47,478 nucleotides of DNA. Origin: a candidate division WWE3 bacterium GW2011_GWB1_41_6. GTDB lineage: Bacteria; Patescibacteriota; WWE3; UBA101185; UBA10185. Under the pieces are notes generated by a model. It was not told the DNA's origin. It did not search any database and saw only the letters and a list, made by a program, of their open reading frames with translations. Shown here piece by piece: positions 33,577-42,514 of this stretch. The stretch spans positions 1-47,478 of the forward strand of contig LCBS01000004.1 in assembly GCA_000997355.1 (NCBI GenBank), given 5' to 3'. A program made the translations under genes and the position numbers. The first letter of the stretch is position 1. Each line of letters begins with the position of its first letter.

Positions 33577-34289
33577 CGTAATACCCTCAGTTCAGGGCGC
33601 CTTAAGGCTACCGCTGTAATTCCATAACCCCTCAATAATGAACCTGCTAAACTTTGAGGATCTTCCGAAACCGCCATTAGAACGTGCTCCGGTTCTATCT
33701 TTTGGGAATTATATTCTTTTGCGTTTACTAAGGCGTTTTGCAACACTTCCACAGAAGTATCAGATAGAGGTAGTTTAAGAGGATTAGTCGTAAAGACGTA
33801 TTGCTCACGCTTTTCTGCTGATTTGTCAATAGCGTTCCTCACCTCTACTTTATCCACTCCAATCAGATCCAAAAGTAAAACAACTATTTCATCACTCAAC
33901 AGAGCATAGAGCAGATGTTCGACATCTATAACACTCTTCCTATAACTAAGTGCAACATCACCGGAATCAATAACAATCTGCTTCAGTTCGTCAGACATCC
34001 TTTTGTCCAATTCAAAGAATTCTTTGCTTTGAGTTGCAACGTATGAGATGTTAGTAACAGGCAGGACATCTTCATCATCCAAACTGTCATCAAATAGTTC
34101 TGAAAGAGGATCATTGCTTGAATAATCACCCATACCGTATGACTTTTTTTGCAGAAAATCCAAAGCCATATAATCAAGCTCGCAAAGCTCCAGAATCGTC
34201 TGCAGACCATTTTGGATTACTAAGGCGTTCATTATAGCAGGTCTAACCCCGCAAATATCACAAATTTTATCTTTCTTCTTCGGTAACAT
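33573..34289 (-). CDS. Clp N-terminal (Clp R) repeat domain protein without an ATPase module
   Basis: Two Clp_N repeats (VIDVEHLLYALLSDE and IEPEHVLMAVSEDPQSLAGSLLRGYGIT) follow an N-terminal Cys-containing segment (KICDICGVRPA...LCELDY). Confidence 0.7.
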   Translation of the reverse strand: MLPKKKDKICDICGVRPAIMNALVIQNGLQTILELCELDYMALDFLQKKSYGMGDYSSNDPLSELFDDSLDDEDVLPVTNISYVATQSKEFFELDKRMSDELKQIVIDSGDVALSYRKSVIDVEHLLYALLSDEIVVLLLDLIGVDKVEVRNAIDKSAEKREQYVFTTNPLKLPLSDTSVEVLQNALVNAKEYNSQKIEPEHVLMAVSEDPQSLAGSLLRGYGITAVALRRPELRVLR

Positions 34290-34386
34290 GACGATATTTT
34301 ATGACTGGATAATGAGACGATCATAAAAGATGTGTAACAATACAGTAAGAACTGGTGCTAAGGAACACCGGAGTAACATTACATAG

Positions 34387-35583
34387 TTAAGAGCTCTTAA
34401 TATAGCGTTTTCCTTTTAGTTTATCCGGCAGATATGAACTTCCCTTCACGGGATATTGTTCGTAGTCCTTGCCGTACCCAAGCTCTTTCATTAATTTAGT
34501 TGGGGCATTGCGTATATTCAGGGGAATACTTAAGTTTCCAAGCCTCTTAACATCCTCAAGCGCTTCAAAATAAGCATTATAAGAAGAGCGGTCTTTGTCT
34601 GCGTTCGCGAGATACACTGTTCCGTGTGCTAGGTTTATCTGACATTCGGGGTATCCTATGGTTTCACAAGCTTTAAATACTTCGTTTGCGATCACCAAAG
34701 CGTGAGGATCTGCCAAACCTATATCTTCTGATGCAAAAATAACCATCCGTCTTGCAATAAATTTAGGATCCTCCCCTCCATCAACCATTCTTGCCAGATA
34801 ATACAATGCCGCGTCAACATCGCCGGCTCTCATACTTTTTATGTACGCGCTAATAGTGTCGTAATGTTCCTCACCGCCCTTGTCATACCTGTTCAACTTT
34901 TCCTGGAGTATTCTTTGGAGCTGTGAGATATCGGCGGTGGTAACTCCTGATCTTGCCAACACATCAACTGAGTTTAGTAATGTACGGACATCCCCGTTGG
35001 ATAAATTCACAAGAAATGACTTACCGGAATCGTCTATTACAAGCTTAATCCCATTAGTATTTAGATACCCAAGTGTTTTTTCCAACAAACCTTTCATTTG
35101 CTCACTGCTTATTGGTATGAACTTATAAACACGTGTTCTGGACAGTAAAGGCGATACGATCTCAAAAGAGGGGTTCTCAGTAGTTGCGCCAATCAGTACG
35201 ATAGTACCATTCTCAACATGGGGTAAAAGGTAATCCTGCTGAGCTTTATTGAACCTGTGTATCTCGTCGACGAATAATATTGTCAACTCCTTTTCACCAA
35301 AAAACTCTTTATTAGCATTTTCAACCGCCAGTTTAATATCTTTCACTCCTGATGTAGTAGGGGATATCTCAATGAAGTTCGCGTTTAGTGTACTTGCAAT
35401 TATTCTAGCCAACGTGGTCTTTCCAGTTCCGGGTGGGCCCCAAAAAAGCATTGAGTGTGCGGATTTATTCTCGATAAGCTTTCTTACAGGACCGTCAGTT
35501 CCAAGCAGGTGTTCCTGCCCTACAAACTCGTCGAGAGAATACGGCCGCAGTATCTCAGGTAAAGGTTTTTTAAGTAGTGACAC
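34387..35583 (-). CDS. rarA: replication-associated recombination protein A (AAA+ ATPase MgsA/RarA)
   Basis: Walker A GPPGTGKTT, Walker B LFVDEIHRFNKAQQD, sensor GATTENP and the MgsA C-terminal domain (HYDTISAYIKSMRAGDVDAALYYLARM). Confidence 0.93.
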   Translation of the reverse strand: MSLLKKPLPEILRPYSLDEFVGQEHLLGTDGPVRKLIENKSAHSMLFWGPPGTGKTTLARIIASTLNANFIEISPTTSGVKDIKLAVENANKEFFGEKELTILFVDEIHRFNKAQQDYLLPHVENGTIVLIGATTENPSFEIVSPLLSRTRVYKFIPISSEQMKGLLEKTLGYLNTNGIKLVIDDSGKSFLVNLSNGDVRTLLNSVDVLARSGVTTADISQLQRILQEKLNRYDKGGEEHYDTISAYIKSMRAGDVDAALYYLARMVDGGEDPKFIARRMVIFASEDIGLADPHALVIANEVFKACETIGYPECQINLAHGTVYLANADKDRSSYNAYFEALEDVKRLGNLSIPLNIRNAPTKLMKELGYGKDYEQYPVKGSSYLPDKLKGKRYIKSS

Positions 35584-35635
35584 TAAAATATAATATACCG
35601 AATATGTACCGAAGGCAAATCCTACCTAGGGGTGA

Positions 35636-37840
35636 TTATTTACAAGAGTTGTAGTAGTTTTGGAGCATGTTCACTTTATTCTGCCATACACTCTTCCAGT
35701 CGTTTTGAAGTATTCCTCCGGTGTCACTGGAGTTAGGATTCCAATCCCAGTAGAATGAGTTGCATATTTTCTTGGATTTAAAGTAGGAAACTATGGCATC
35801 CTGCCAGACTTTATCCTCGGAGACCCCTCCATTGCCATACTTACCACCCCATTCACCGGGAACTATAGTGTACCCTTTATCAGCCAGATACCCAAAGTGG
35901 GGATTCCATATCGCCGGCATGTTGCTGGGGAAATTAGATGCTGAGAAATATGATTGCCAGTAAACATCGGGTCCATAGACGTGGGGGGAGAAAACCAGCT
36001 TATCTGCGGGAATATAAGCGTTGTTGACCGAAGCGCATGCTACCGGTTCAAGGTTTCCTCCCCACCAATGTGCCGTCGATGAAGTGCAGGACGGGTTGTC
36101 CTGCACCCCCTGAACGAATATTAATAAATTAGGATTAGCATTTAAAACTTCTTTGCCGGCTTTTTCAGCTGCGATTTTCCAGTCTGTCTTAACGTCGCCG
36201 GTTCCCCATGTTGCTGCTCCCTGAGGTTCGTTTTTGATATCCATTCCCATAAAGTATGGGAGACTCTTGTACCTGTTGGCAACATTTTTCAGATCGTTTA
36301 TCCATTGCTGTTCTGAGTACGAGCCTGTATACCAAAGGCTTGTAATTGTTTTACAATCAGGCGTGTGGTGATCCATTAGTATATACATCCCCTGGTCGTT
36401 GATTTCTTTTACCACCTTGTCCATTATTTGCAGACTGTTTAGACCCCGCAAGTCGTCATTTTTTGAATAATCTATCGATGTTGGTGTTTTGCCTTGTAAA
36501 GTCGCAGGGCAAAAAGGTACCCTAACGGCATTGAATCCGGTGTTTTTTATCTGGGTGACCATTTCTTTCCAGTTTCGCTGCCATAATCCATGCACTACAT
36601 TCGCACTCGTTTCAAACCCGAACCAGCTGACACCTTTTAGCTGTACAGGACTTCCATTCCTATATATCACATTCTTACTGGCTTTATACGTACCTTCAGA
36701 GGAAGCCGGAGCCTGGTCTGGTGTGGGCTGCTGAGGAGCAGGTAGTTTATCGGGCTCCGGCTGAGTGGTTGAATCTTGGTTTTCCAGTGTAAAGTAAGTA
36801 CCTCCGCTAATAGAGATATTATCGATAAATAGAGAAATGTTTGTATGTTCGCTTCCGTTATGAATAGCAATACCTTTAATTGGCCTCATACTTGGGTTAA
36901 GTTCCGAAATCTTTATACTGTAGTTTTTCCATGTACTTCCCGGCTGTCCGCCCATTTTATCCAAACTCTTAAACTCGGCGAAAGACATATCATCAGCACC
37001 GAACAATGCTATTTTGTAATTATTACCGGTCTTTTCGGTTTTCAACGAGAAATTGACTGTTGAGTAGCCGGATACATCCATCTGTTCTTTTGTATGAACA
37101 TAGAACGCTGCCCAAAGCGCAGTTTGTTTAAATTCGATCAAGTCGGTAAATGAGCTCCTCCCACCCCATGACCAATCGGACCACTTACTATTTAGTGAGT
37201 TTTCAAATATCAGATAGTTATTGCTTGCCGAGTCGGTACTTGAATTAGAATTTGAAACGGGGGCAGTTTCCGTTTGCGTTTCAAATGAAATATCGTCAAT
37301 AAATATTGCCGAATCGTTGATACCTTTTCCTTCTTGGATCGCAACACCTTTGATTTCTTTTGTTTCGGTTTTTAATTTATCAAGAGGAATATCTACCTTA
37401 GTCCACTTATTTGGTGCAAGTCCGTCCGTGTATTCACTAACCGTAAATTCTGTATTCAATTTTTTATTATATTTATCGAAAAATAGAACACGGAAGTCCT
37501 GACCGGATTTTGTGGGATAAAGGAAAAACCGGAAAGTTTTATATCCATCAATATTCCGGATCTGTTCATTGTGGAAGTACAATCCTCCCCACGCACCGGA
37601 AGTATAATTAATAGACTTTTCTCCGGTGCGGGTTGGATTGGAATTCTTAAAATTGACGCTGCTTTTCCAGGACCAATTTTCCCATCCCTGTGCAACATCG
37701 TCAGTATAAATCGGGCGTTGGCTAATTACGGACTCTTGTGCGTCTACTTTTTTTGCTACTTGGCTAAGTATAAAAAAAGAAGCAAAAAGTGTGAGCACTA
37801 GTAAAGCGGCTTTTTTTGATGTTACGTTAGTAACTTTCAT
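35636..37840 (-). CDS. secreted GH5 endoglucanase (cellulase) with two tandem N-terminal CBM-like modules
   Basis: Signal peptide. Two paralogous ~140-aa modules (W.NWSW / WSDWSW ... IKG(V/I)AI ... (I/L)FIDxIS) at about 37283-37711 and 36806-37219, then a Pro/Gln linker. The GH5 catalytic domain has the acid/base motif MDIKNEP and the nucleophile motif PGEWGG. Confidence 0.9.
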   Translation of the reverse strand: MKVTNVTSKKAALLVLTLFASFFILSQVAKKVDAQESVISQRPIYTDDVAQGWENWSWKSSVNFKNSNPTRTGEKSINYTSGAWGGLYFHNEQIRNIDGYKTFRFFLYPTKSGQDFRVLFFDKYNKKLNTEFTVSEYTDGLAPNKWTKVDIPLDKLKTETKEIKGVAIQEGKGINDSAIFIDDISFETQTETAPVSNSNSSTDSASNNYLIFENSLNSKWSDWSWGGRSSFTDLIEFKQTALWAAFYVHTKEQMDVSGYSTVNFSLKTEKTGNNYKIALFGADDMSFAEFKSLDKMGGQPGSTWKNYSIKISELNPSMRPIKGIAIHNGSEHTNISLFIDNISISGGTYFTLENQDSTTQPEPDKLPAPQQPTPDQAPASSEGTYKASKNVIYRNGSPVQLKGVSWFGFETSANVVHGLWQRNWKEMVTQIKNTGFNAVRVPFCPATLQGKTPTSIDYSKNDDLRGLNSLQIMDKVVKEINDQGMYILMDHHTPDCKTITSLWYTGSYSEQQWINDLKNVANRYKSLPYFMGMDIKNEPQGAATWGTGDVKTDWKIAAEKAGKEVLNANPNLLIFVQGVQDNPSCTSSTAHWWGGNLEPVACASVNNAYIPADKLVFSPHVYGPDVYWQSYFSASNFPSNMPAIWNPHFGYLADKGYTIVPGEWGGKYGNGGVSEDKVWQDAIVSYFKSKKICNSFYWDWNPNSSDTGGILQNDWKSVWQNKVNMLQNYYNSCK

Positions 37841-37956
37841 GAGCAGGCACGTTTGCGTTCACAAACCTTAGCATTCTCTCAAACATAAAATACCTTGTCA
37901 AAAAACGGTAAGAATAATGTTAGAAATGTGTAAGAACATGTACGGTTTTTTGTCGG

Positions 37957-37965
37957 TGGTACAAT
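37957..37965 (+). promoter_or_regulatory. candidate extended -10 promoter element for the DUF4112 gene
   Basis: TGgTACAAT lies about 45 nt upstream of the ATG at 38010. No good -35 element is present. Confidence 0.25.
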
Positions 37966-38009
37966 GAATGCAAGACTGTAAGAAGGTGTAATATTAGTTT
38001 GGGGAACTT

Positions 38010-38348
38010 ATGCAAAAAGAGATAAAAATAGCTGAATATTTGGTAGACCTACTTGAGAACAGGTTCAGAATCTTAAATTTTAGGTTTGGTCTGGATCCAT
38101 TATTAGGATTGGTACCGGGATTAGGCGATGCCTTATCCTTTGTTCTTGCAACTTATATATTATATGCCGGGGTAAAAGCAGGTCTGCCGCATAAAAAGAT
38201 ATATAGAATGTTTTTAAATATTGTCATTGACCTAATAGTCGGTCTTTTACCTGTGGTAGGGGACTTGGGGGATTTTGTTTACAAAGCGAACACAAAGAAT
38301 TTGGAAATTCTTAAATCCAACATAGACGGCACTCTATTCCGAGGGTAG
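38010..38348 (+). CDS. DUF4112-like small membrane protein
   Basis: FGLDPLLGLVPGLGDALSFVLATYIL and LLPVVGDLGDFVYKAN match my recollection of the DUF4112 signature. Confidence 0.7.
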   Translation: MQKEIKIAEYLVDLLENRFRILNFRFGLDPLLGLVPGLGDALSFVLATYILYAGVKAGLPHKKIYRMFLNIVIDLIVGLLPVVGDLGDFVYKANTKNLEILKSNIDGTLFRG

Positions 38349-39326
38349 GGAAGGGTCACTAAACGGAGTTGGGTCACATACATTATCCTGACAACCGTAC
38401 TGCATAAATTCATAGAACACTTCAGGACTGCCGTTTATTGCATATATAACTTTATTGACCTTGCCATCCTGCATTAATGTCTTATCTATCTGCGAAAAGA
38501 ACTGGACACCCGCACAGCTGGCACTTATGTTCGGAATCACACTTCTTAGATCCGTCAGATCCACATACGCAGTACCCTGCCACACTCTAACTGTATTTAA
38601 AATACCCGCCGTCTGATCCGAAAATGGCGAGCTATAACCTTCGCTTTTTTCTCCGGATGTCGGTCCCTCAAAAAGCATTCTTAAAACCGCATCCGCTTTT
38701 TCTCTGTATGAACTATCAAATAACTTAGTCCTGTCTATCGTCCTCTCAACGGGATATACAAGCCTGCAGTCGCTGGTACCTTCGGAAAACAAATTTTCGT
38801 TCGAATAAAACAATGAAACCTTCTCTTCGCCCGTAAGTTCATTTCCTTCCGTCGGCTGTAAACCCGCAGGACATATAACTTTATCGATTTTCCAATTTTT
38901 CCGGTCTTTTATAAGTTCTATGCTAAATATACTTCCAGACTCACCGAAATTATTGTCGACTTGAACATATGCTTTATCTTCACCTTCATAAACAGGGTCA
39001 TGGATATTTATTCCCAAAGGTTTATTTTCACTACAGAATAATGACGGGTATAAGATCGCGTCTTTGGCTGATGAATTTACGCTCTTCTTAAAGGTGTCGG
39101 TAACGTAAGGGCTTTCCTTATAAATGTCCATAACGATCTTATCCTCTTCTTTCTGCAGATAATTCTCGTAGAATAACTCAACGGCTTTTGCGGGTAATAG
39201 AACTCCTTCCACACGTACCGGTGCACCTCCCATACTTTTTACTACTATATATCCGATTACCATTAATGTGACAAAAACAACTGCAACAGAGATATAAAGT
39301 TTTTTATTCATAGGTTTATTATACAT
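38334..39326 (-). CDS. membrane-anchored protein with a C-terminal GerMN-like domain
   Basis: N-terminal TM helix. The C-terminal segment (LFYSNENL..., VLRMLFEGPTSGEKSEGYSSPF, TAYVDLT, VNKVIYAINGSPE) resembles GerMN (germination/sporulation-associated) domains. It is the last gene of the minus-strand operon. Confidence 0.6.
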   Translation of the reverse strand: MYNKPMNKKLYISVAVVFVTLMVIGYIVVKSMGGAPVRVEGVLLPAKAVELFYENYLQKEEDKIVMDIYKESPYVTDTFKKSVNSSAKDAILYPSLFCSENKPLGINIHDPVYEGEDKAYVQVDNNFGESGSIFSIELIKDRKNWKIDKVICPAGLQPTEGNELTGEEKVSLFYSNENLFSEGTSDCRLVYPVERTIDRTKLFDSSYREKADAVLRMLFEGPTSGEKSEGYSSPFSDQTAGILNTVRVWQGTAYVDLTDLRSVIPNISASCAGVQFFSQIDKTLMQDGKVNKVIYAINGSPEVFYEFMQYGCQDNVCDPTPFSDPSLPSE

Positions 39327-39347
39327 CCAAGAGGTTAAGAGAAAAGG

Positions 39348-40964
39348 TTAGAGATATAAATAACCACCGGATAAAGTGACATCATTACCCGATGGAAACA
39401 CTTTATGGATCTCAACTCCCCATTCATTACCCATATACTCAATTACTTTTTCGGACTTTTTTAAAGCCTCACGTGTCAATGCAAGCTTAGGGTTGTTATT
39501 GATATCTCTTATCATTTGGGGAGTTGCCGCAACGTAATCAATGTTATCATAATTGTTCGAGAGAAGTACGTTCGAGATATCAGGGTCAAAGTCCACTTTC
39601 CAGTAATATTCAAACTTGCGGCCGGTTAAAGTGTTACGGGCGTTTAGATCGATATATGCATAATTGTCTATCACTATTACCATATTATCTGAAGTATTGT
39701 TTAGCAACCACCAAACCGCCTCTTTTTGAGGACCGGTTTGATCATCACTAAATATGTTGAACTTATCTTTTACATTCCCTGAGTAATGAACGATCATAAG
39801 AAACAGCATCACCGCCACCGATAGTGCAGGAATAACACTTAACGTTACAACACCAATAGACATATATCTCCTTTTAATTAAACGACGCAAATATATAGTA
39901 ATGTATGAAATATTCATTGCCATAAAAGGAAGAACAGGTATTATGAAAAACTCAAGAACAAACCCGCTTAAAAGTAAAAATGCCCAATACGAAATAGACA
40001 GCAGCGACAAAACTAGCGCATTTCTGTTCTTCAAGCCAAAGTATAGATTTATCAACGATGCCGCTAAACCGGTAACTATATAAAGGGGATCTTCTTTAAG
40101 CCAGTTAACAATGTTAATCCAAATATCAGTATTTCTAATATCGGCAAAACTTCCGCTTCTGCGCGACCATTGTTCAAGAAATGTATGAACTAAACTCACG
40201 CCGCTGTCTGAAGGTAATAACTCACCCCTAATAAAGGCAAGAAGGGGATATAGCAAGACAATGAACAAAAACATAAGCAACCATATAACCGCGCCGCCGA
40301 TCGATCTATTATCCATAGTAGTCAATGAGCTAATGGAACCAATCCCACCCCTCAAAACCAGATTAAAGATGTACGCATAAACCGGCAGGAATATTATCGC
40401 CGGTTCTTTAGTAAGAACCGCTATTGCTAATACTACAGCGCTTAAATAAATAGTCTTTGAGGACATTTTTGAATATAAAATAATAAACAAGGATAAAAGT
40501 AGCCAAAAGGTCATTATATTATCCAAAAGAATACGCCGGTGTAGATAAATACCAAGAGGCGAAGCTGAAAAAATAAGAACGGTTAGCAATCCCCCTAAAC
40601 GGCTGTCTGTTAACCTTCTTGCTATAAAATACAATAGAATGCTAGATACTGTTTGTAGAACCAGCATAAAGACCCGCCCTGAGTTTAGTGAAAATCCAAA
40701 AGCAAAAATACCACCCGTGATGTGTGTCCAAAAAGAGATAAAGATCCAACCTAACGGCGGGTGGTCGTAAATATATTTATAAGGCGAAAGTTTTCCGGAT
40801 GTGGAAAAAGACCATGCTTGAGACATATAGGTTCCCTCATCAGATTCGAAGTAAGGGAAATTAAGCATGTTATACGAATGAAGAAATGCTGTTACAACTA
40901 CCAAAAAAGCAATAATTATAATCTCAAATCTATTTTCGGACAAAATATGGCTTATGTTTCTCAT
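39348..40964 (-). CDS. GT-C fold glycosyltransferase (GT39/GT83, ArnT/PMT-like)
   Basis: 538 aa, more than 10 TM helices, a first-loop acidic motif (FESDEGTYMSQAW) and a soluble C-terminal domain. Confidence 0.75.
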   Translation of the reverse strand: MRNISHILSENRFEIIIIAFLVVVTAFLHSYNMLNFPYFESDEGTYMSQAWSFSTSGKLSPYKYIYDHPPLGWIFISFWTHITGGIFAFGFSLNSGRVFMLVLQTVSSILLYFIARRLTDSRLGGLLTVLIFSASPLGIYLHRRILLDNIMTFWLLLSLFIILYSKMSSKTIYLSAVVLAIAVLTKEPAIIFLPVYAYIFNLVLRGGIGSISSLTTMDNRSIGGAVIWLLMFLFIVLLYPLLAFIRGELLPSDSGVSLVHTFLEQWSRRSGSFADIRNTDIWINIVNWLKEDPLYIVTGLAASLINLYFGLKNRNALVLSLLSISYWAFLLLSGFVLEFFIIPVLPFMAMNISYITIYLRRLIKRRYMSIGVVTLSVIPALSVAVMLFLMIVHYSGNVKDKFNIFSDDQTGPQKEAVWWLLNNTSDNMVIVIDNYAYIDLNARNTLTGRKFEYYWKVDFDPDISNVLLSNNYDNIDYVAATPQMIRDINNNPKLALTREALKKSEKVIEYMGNEWGVEIHKVFPSGNDVTLSGGYLYL

Positions 40965-40969
40965 CTTGT

Positions 40970-42514
40970 CTACTCCTTTGAAGCGGTCTGTGTGTTAATG
41001 GACGGATACTCCGCCTGATAAACAGACACCCAAACGAACTTAGAAAACTGATGTTTTTCCAAACGTGTGTAATTCAGATCAAGGTAATTTTGTACTGTAT
41101 ACCCACCAGCCAGATCCAGTGTTGCAATTAAAAATATCCTCTTATGTCCCTGCTGTATCATCGTAGAATCTTCTTTTAACCTTTCGTCGTTTATTTCGGG
41201 TATATTGAGCTGAGTTCTATCCCATACAGGCATCGAAATTAATTTACTGGGATTATTGTAATAGTAGTAAACAGGGTAAAGAGTATAAGGCGGACTTACA
41301 ACTACGACATCTCTGTTCGTAGAATTATTGTTAACAAACTCAACAGCCTCTCTGTAGTTCTCCTTTGTAGGTATATCCGGACTTAATACCTGATTATGCA
41401 ACGAAAGCATTATCCCCGCAAAGAACATCCCTCCAACTACATACTGAACTCTTCCCCGCATTTCCATCAAAAGCCAAGCTAACAAAATGTAATATAAAGG
41501 TGTTGAACTAATAAGGTACCGTGTCAGATACATCGGCTGGAACAATAAACTAACAACATAAACTATCACGATAGGGGAGAATGCTCCTAAGAATGCCAAA
41601 TATATTCCGGGACCCAACGGGTCTTTGCGTTTTTTCAAGAAAACGAACCCAATCAGAACGGTTAACGGCCATAGTGCGATAATTGCGGCGGTCGTGTTTT
41701 CAGGCTGGTAACCTAGTGTAAATTCGAACAAACTTAGTACTATATTAAAACTTGAGGGGGATTTTAAATCAGGTGATAAGTTCCCACCCATAGTATTTCT
41801 GGCCTGAAAATACGCCCACGGAAGAAATGCTAAAATAAGTACGATAGCTGATGCAACAAATAATTTGAACACACTTTTAGCGTAATATTTTAACCTCGGT
41901 TCCAAGCCTGTTCTCCAAAGAATAAGAAAATAAACCACCTGAACCAATAACACCAAACTAAAAAAATAGTGTGTATAAATACCAACGAGGTTTATTAGGG
42001 TGTACGTAGCCACGTTACGCCATGTAGACTCTTTAATAATTTTTAAGAAAAAGTAATAGGATAAGGTTGAAACCAGTGTAAGCAACGTATACATTCTTAT
42101 TTCTCTGCTATACCAAATCCAAAAAGGGGATATCGAGGCTATCGTTAGAGCCATAATTGCTTTTTTTCTGTTTGCAAGGATCTCTTTTGATAATAGATAG
42201 ATAGCGGGCAAAGACAATATCCCCGGTATTGCTGATAGTACTCTTACGGACATCGCACTAGCACCGAAAATCCGCATCCATAAATGAAGTAGTGAGTTAT
42301 GTAGCGGAAGATGAACGTTCTGCGCCATATAATTCCTGATAAATTCCAGTGAATGCGAAGCTTGCCAAATACTTTGAGCTTCATCCAACCGTATGCTTTC
42401 CTTGTCCAGTTGGTGAAGGCGCAAATATGCTCCCAATACAATAATAAGTATTACGACAGTATTTATTACCAGATCATTATTTTGTTTAATTATCGTATTC
42501 CCTTTAGTCTTCAT
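40970..42514 (-). CDS. GT-C fold glycosyltransferase (GT39/GT83, ArnT/PMT-like), paralogue
   Basis: 514 aa, polytopic, with first-loop motif IRLDEAQSIWQASH and a soluble C-terminal domain. It lies 5 nt upstream of the next GT-C gene. Confidence 0.75.
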   Translation of the reverse strand: MKTKGNTIIKQNNDLVINTVVILIIVLGAYLRLHQLDKESIRLDEAQSIWQASHSLEFIRNYMAQNVHLPLHNSLLHLWMRIFGASAMSVRVLSAIPGILSLPAIYLLSKEILANRKKAIMALTIASISPFWIWYSREIRMYTLLTLVSTLSYYFFLKIIKESTWRNVATYTLINLVGIYTHYFFSLVLLVQVVYFLILWRTGLEPRLKYYAKSVFKLFVASAIVLILAFLPWAYFQARNTMGGNLSPDLKSPSSFNIVLSLFEFTLGYQPENTTAAIIALWPLTVLIGFVFLKKRKDPLGPGIYLAFLGAFSPIVIVYVVSLLFQPMYLTRYLISSTPLYYILLAWLLMEMRGRVQYVVGGMFFAGIMLSLHNQVLSPDIPTKENYREAVEFVNNNSTNRDVVVVSPPYTLYPVYYYYNNPSKLISMPVWDRTQLNIPEINDERLKEDSTMIQQGHKRIFLIATLDLAGGYTVQNYLDLNYTRLEKHQFSKFVWVSVYQAEYPSINTQTASKE

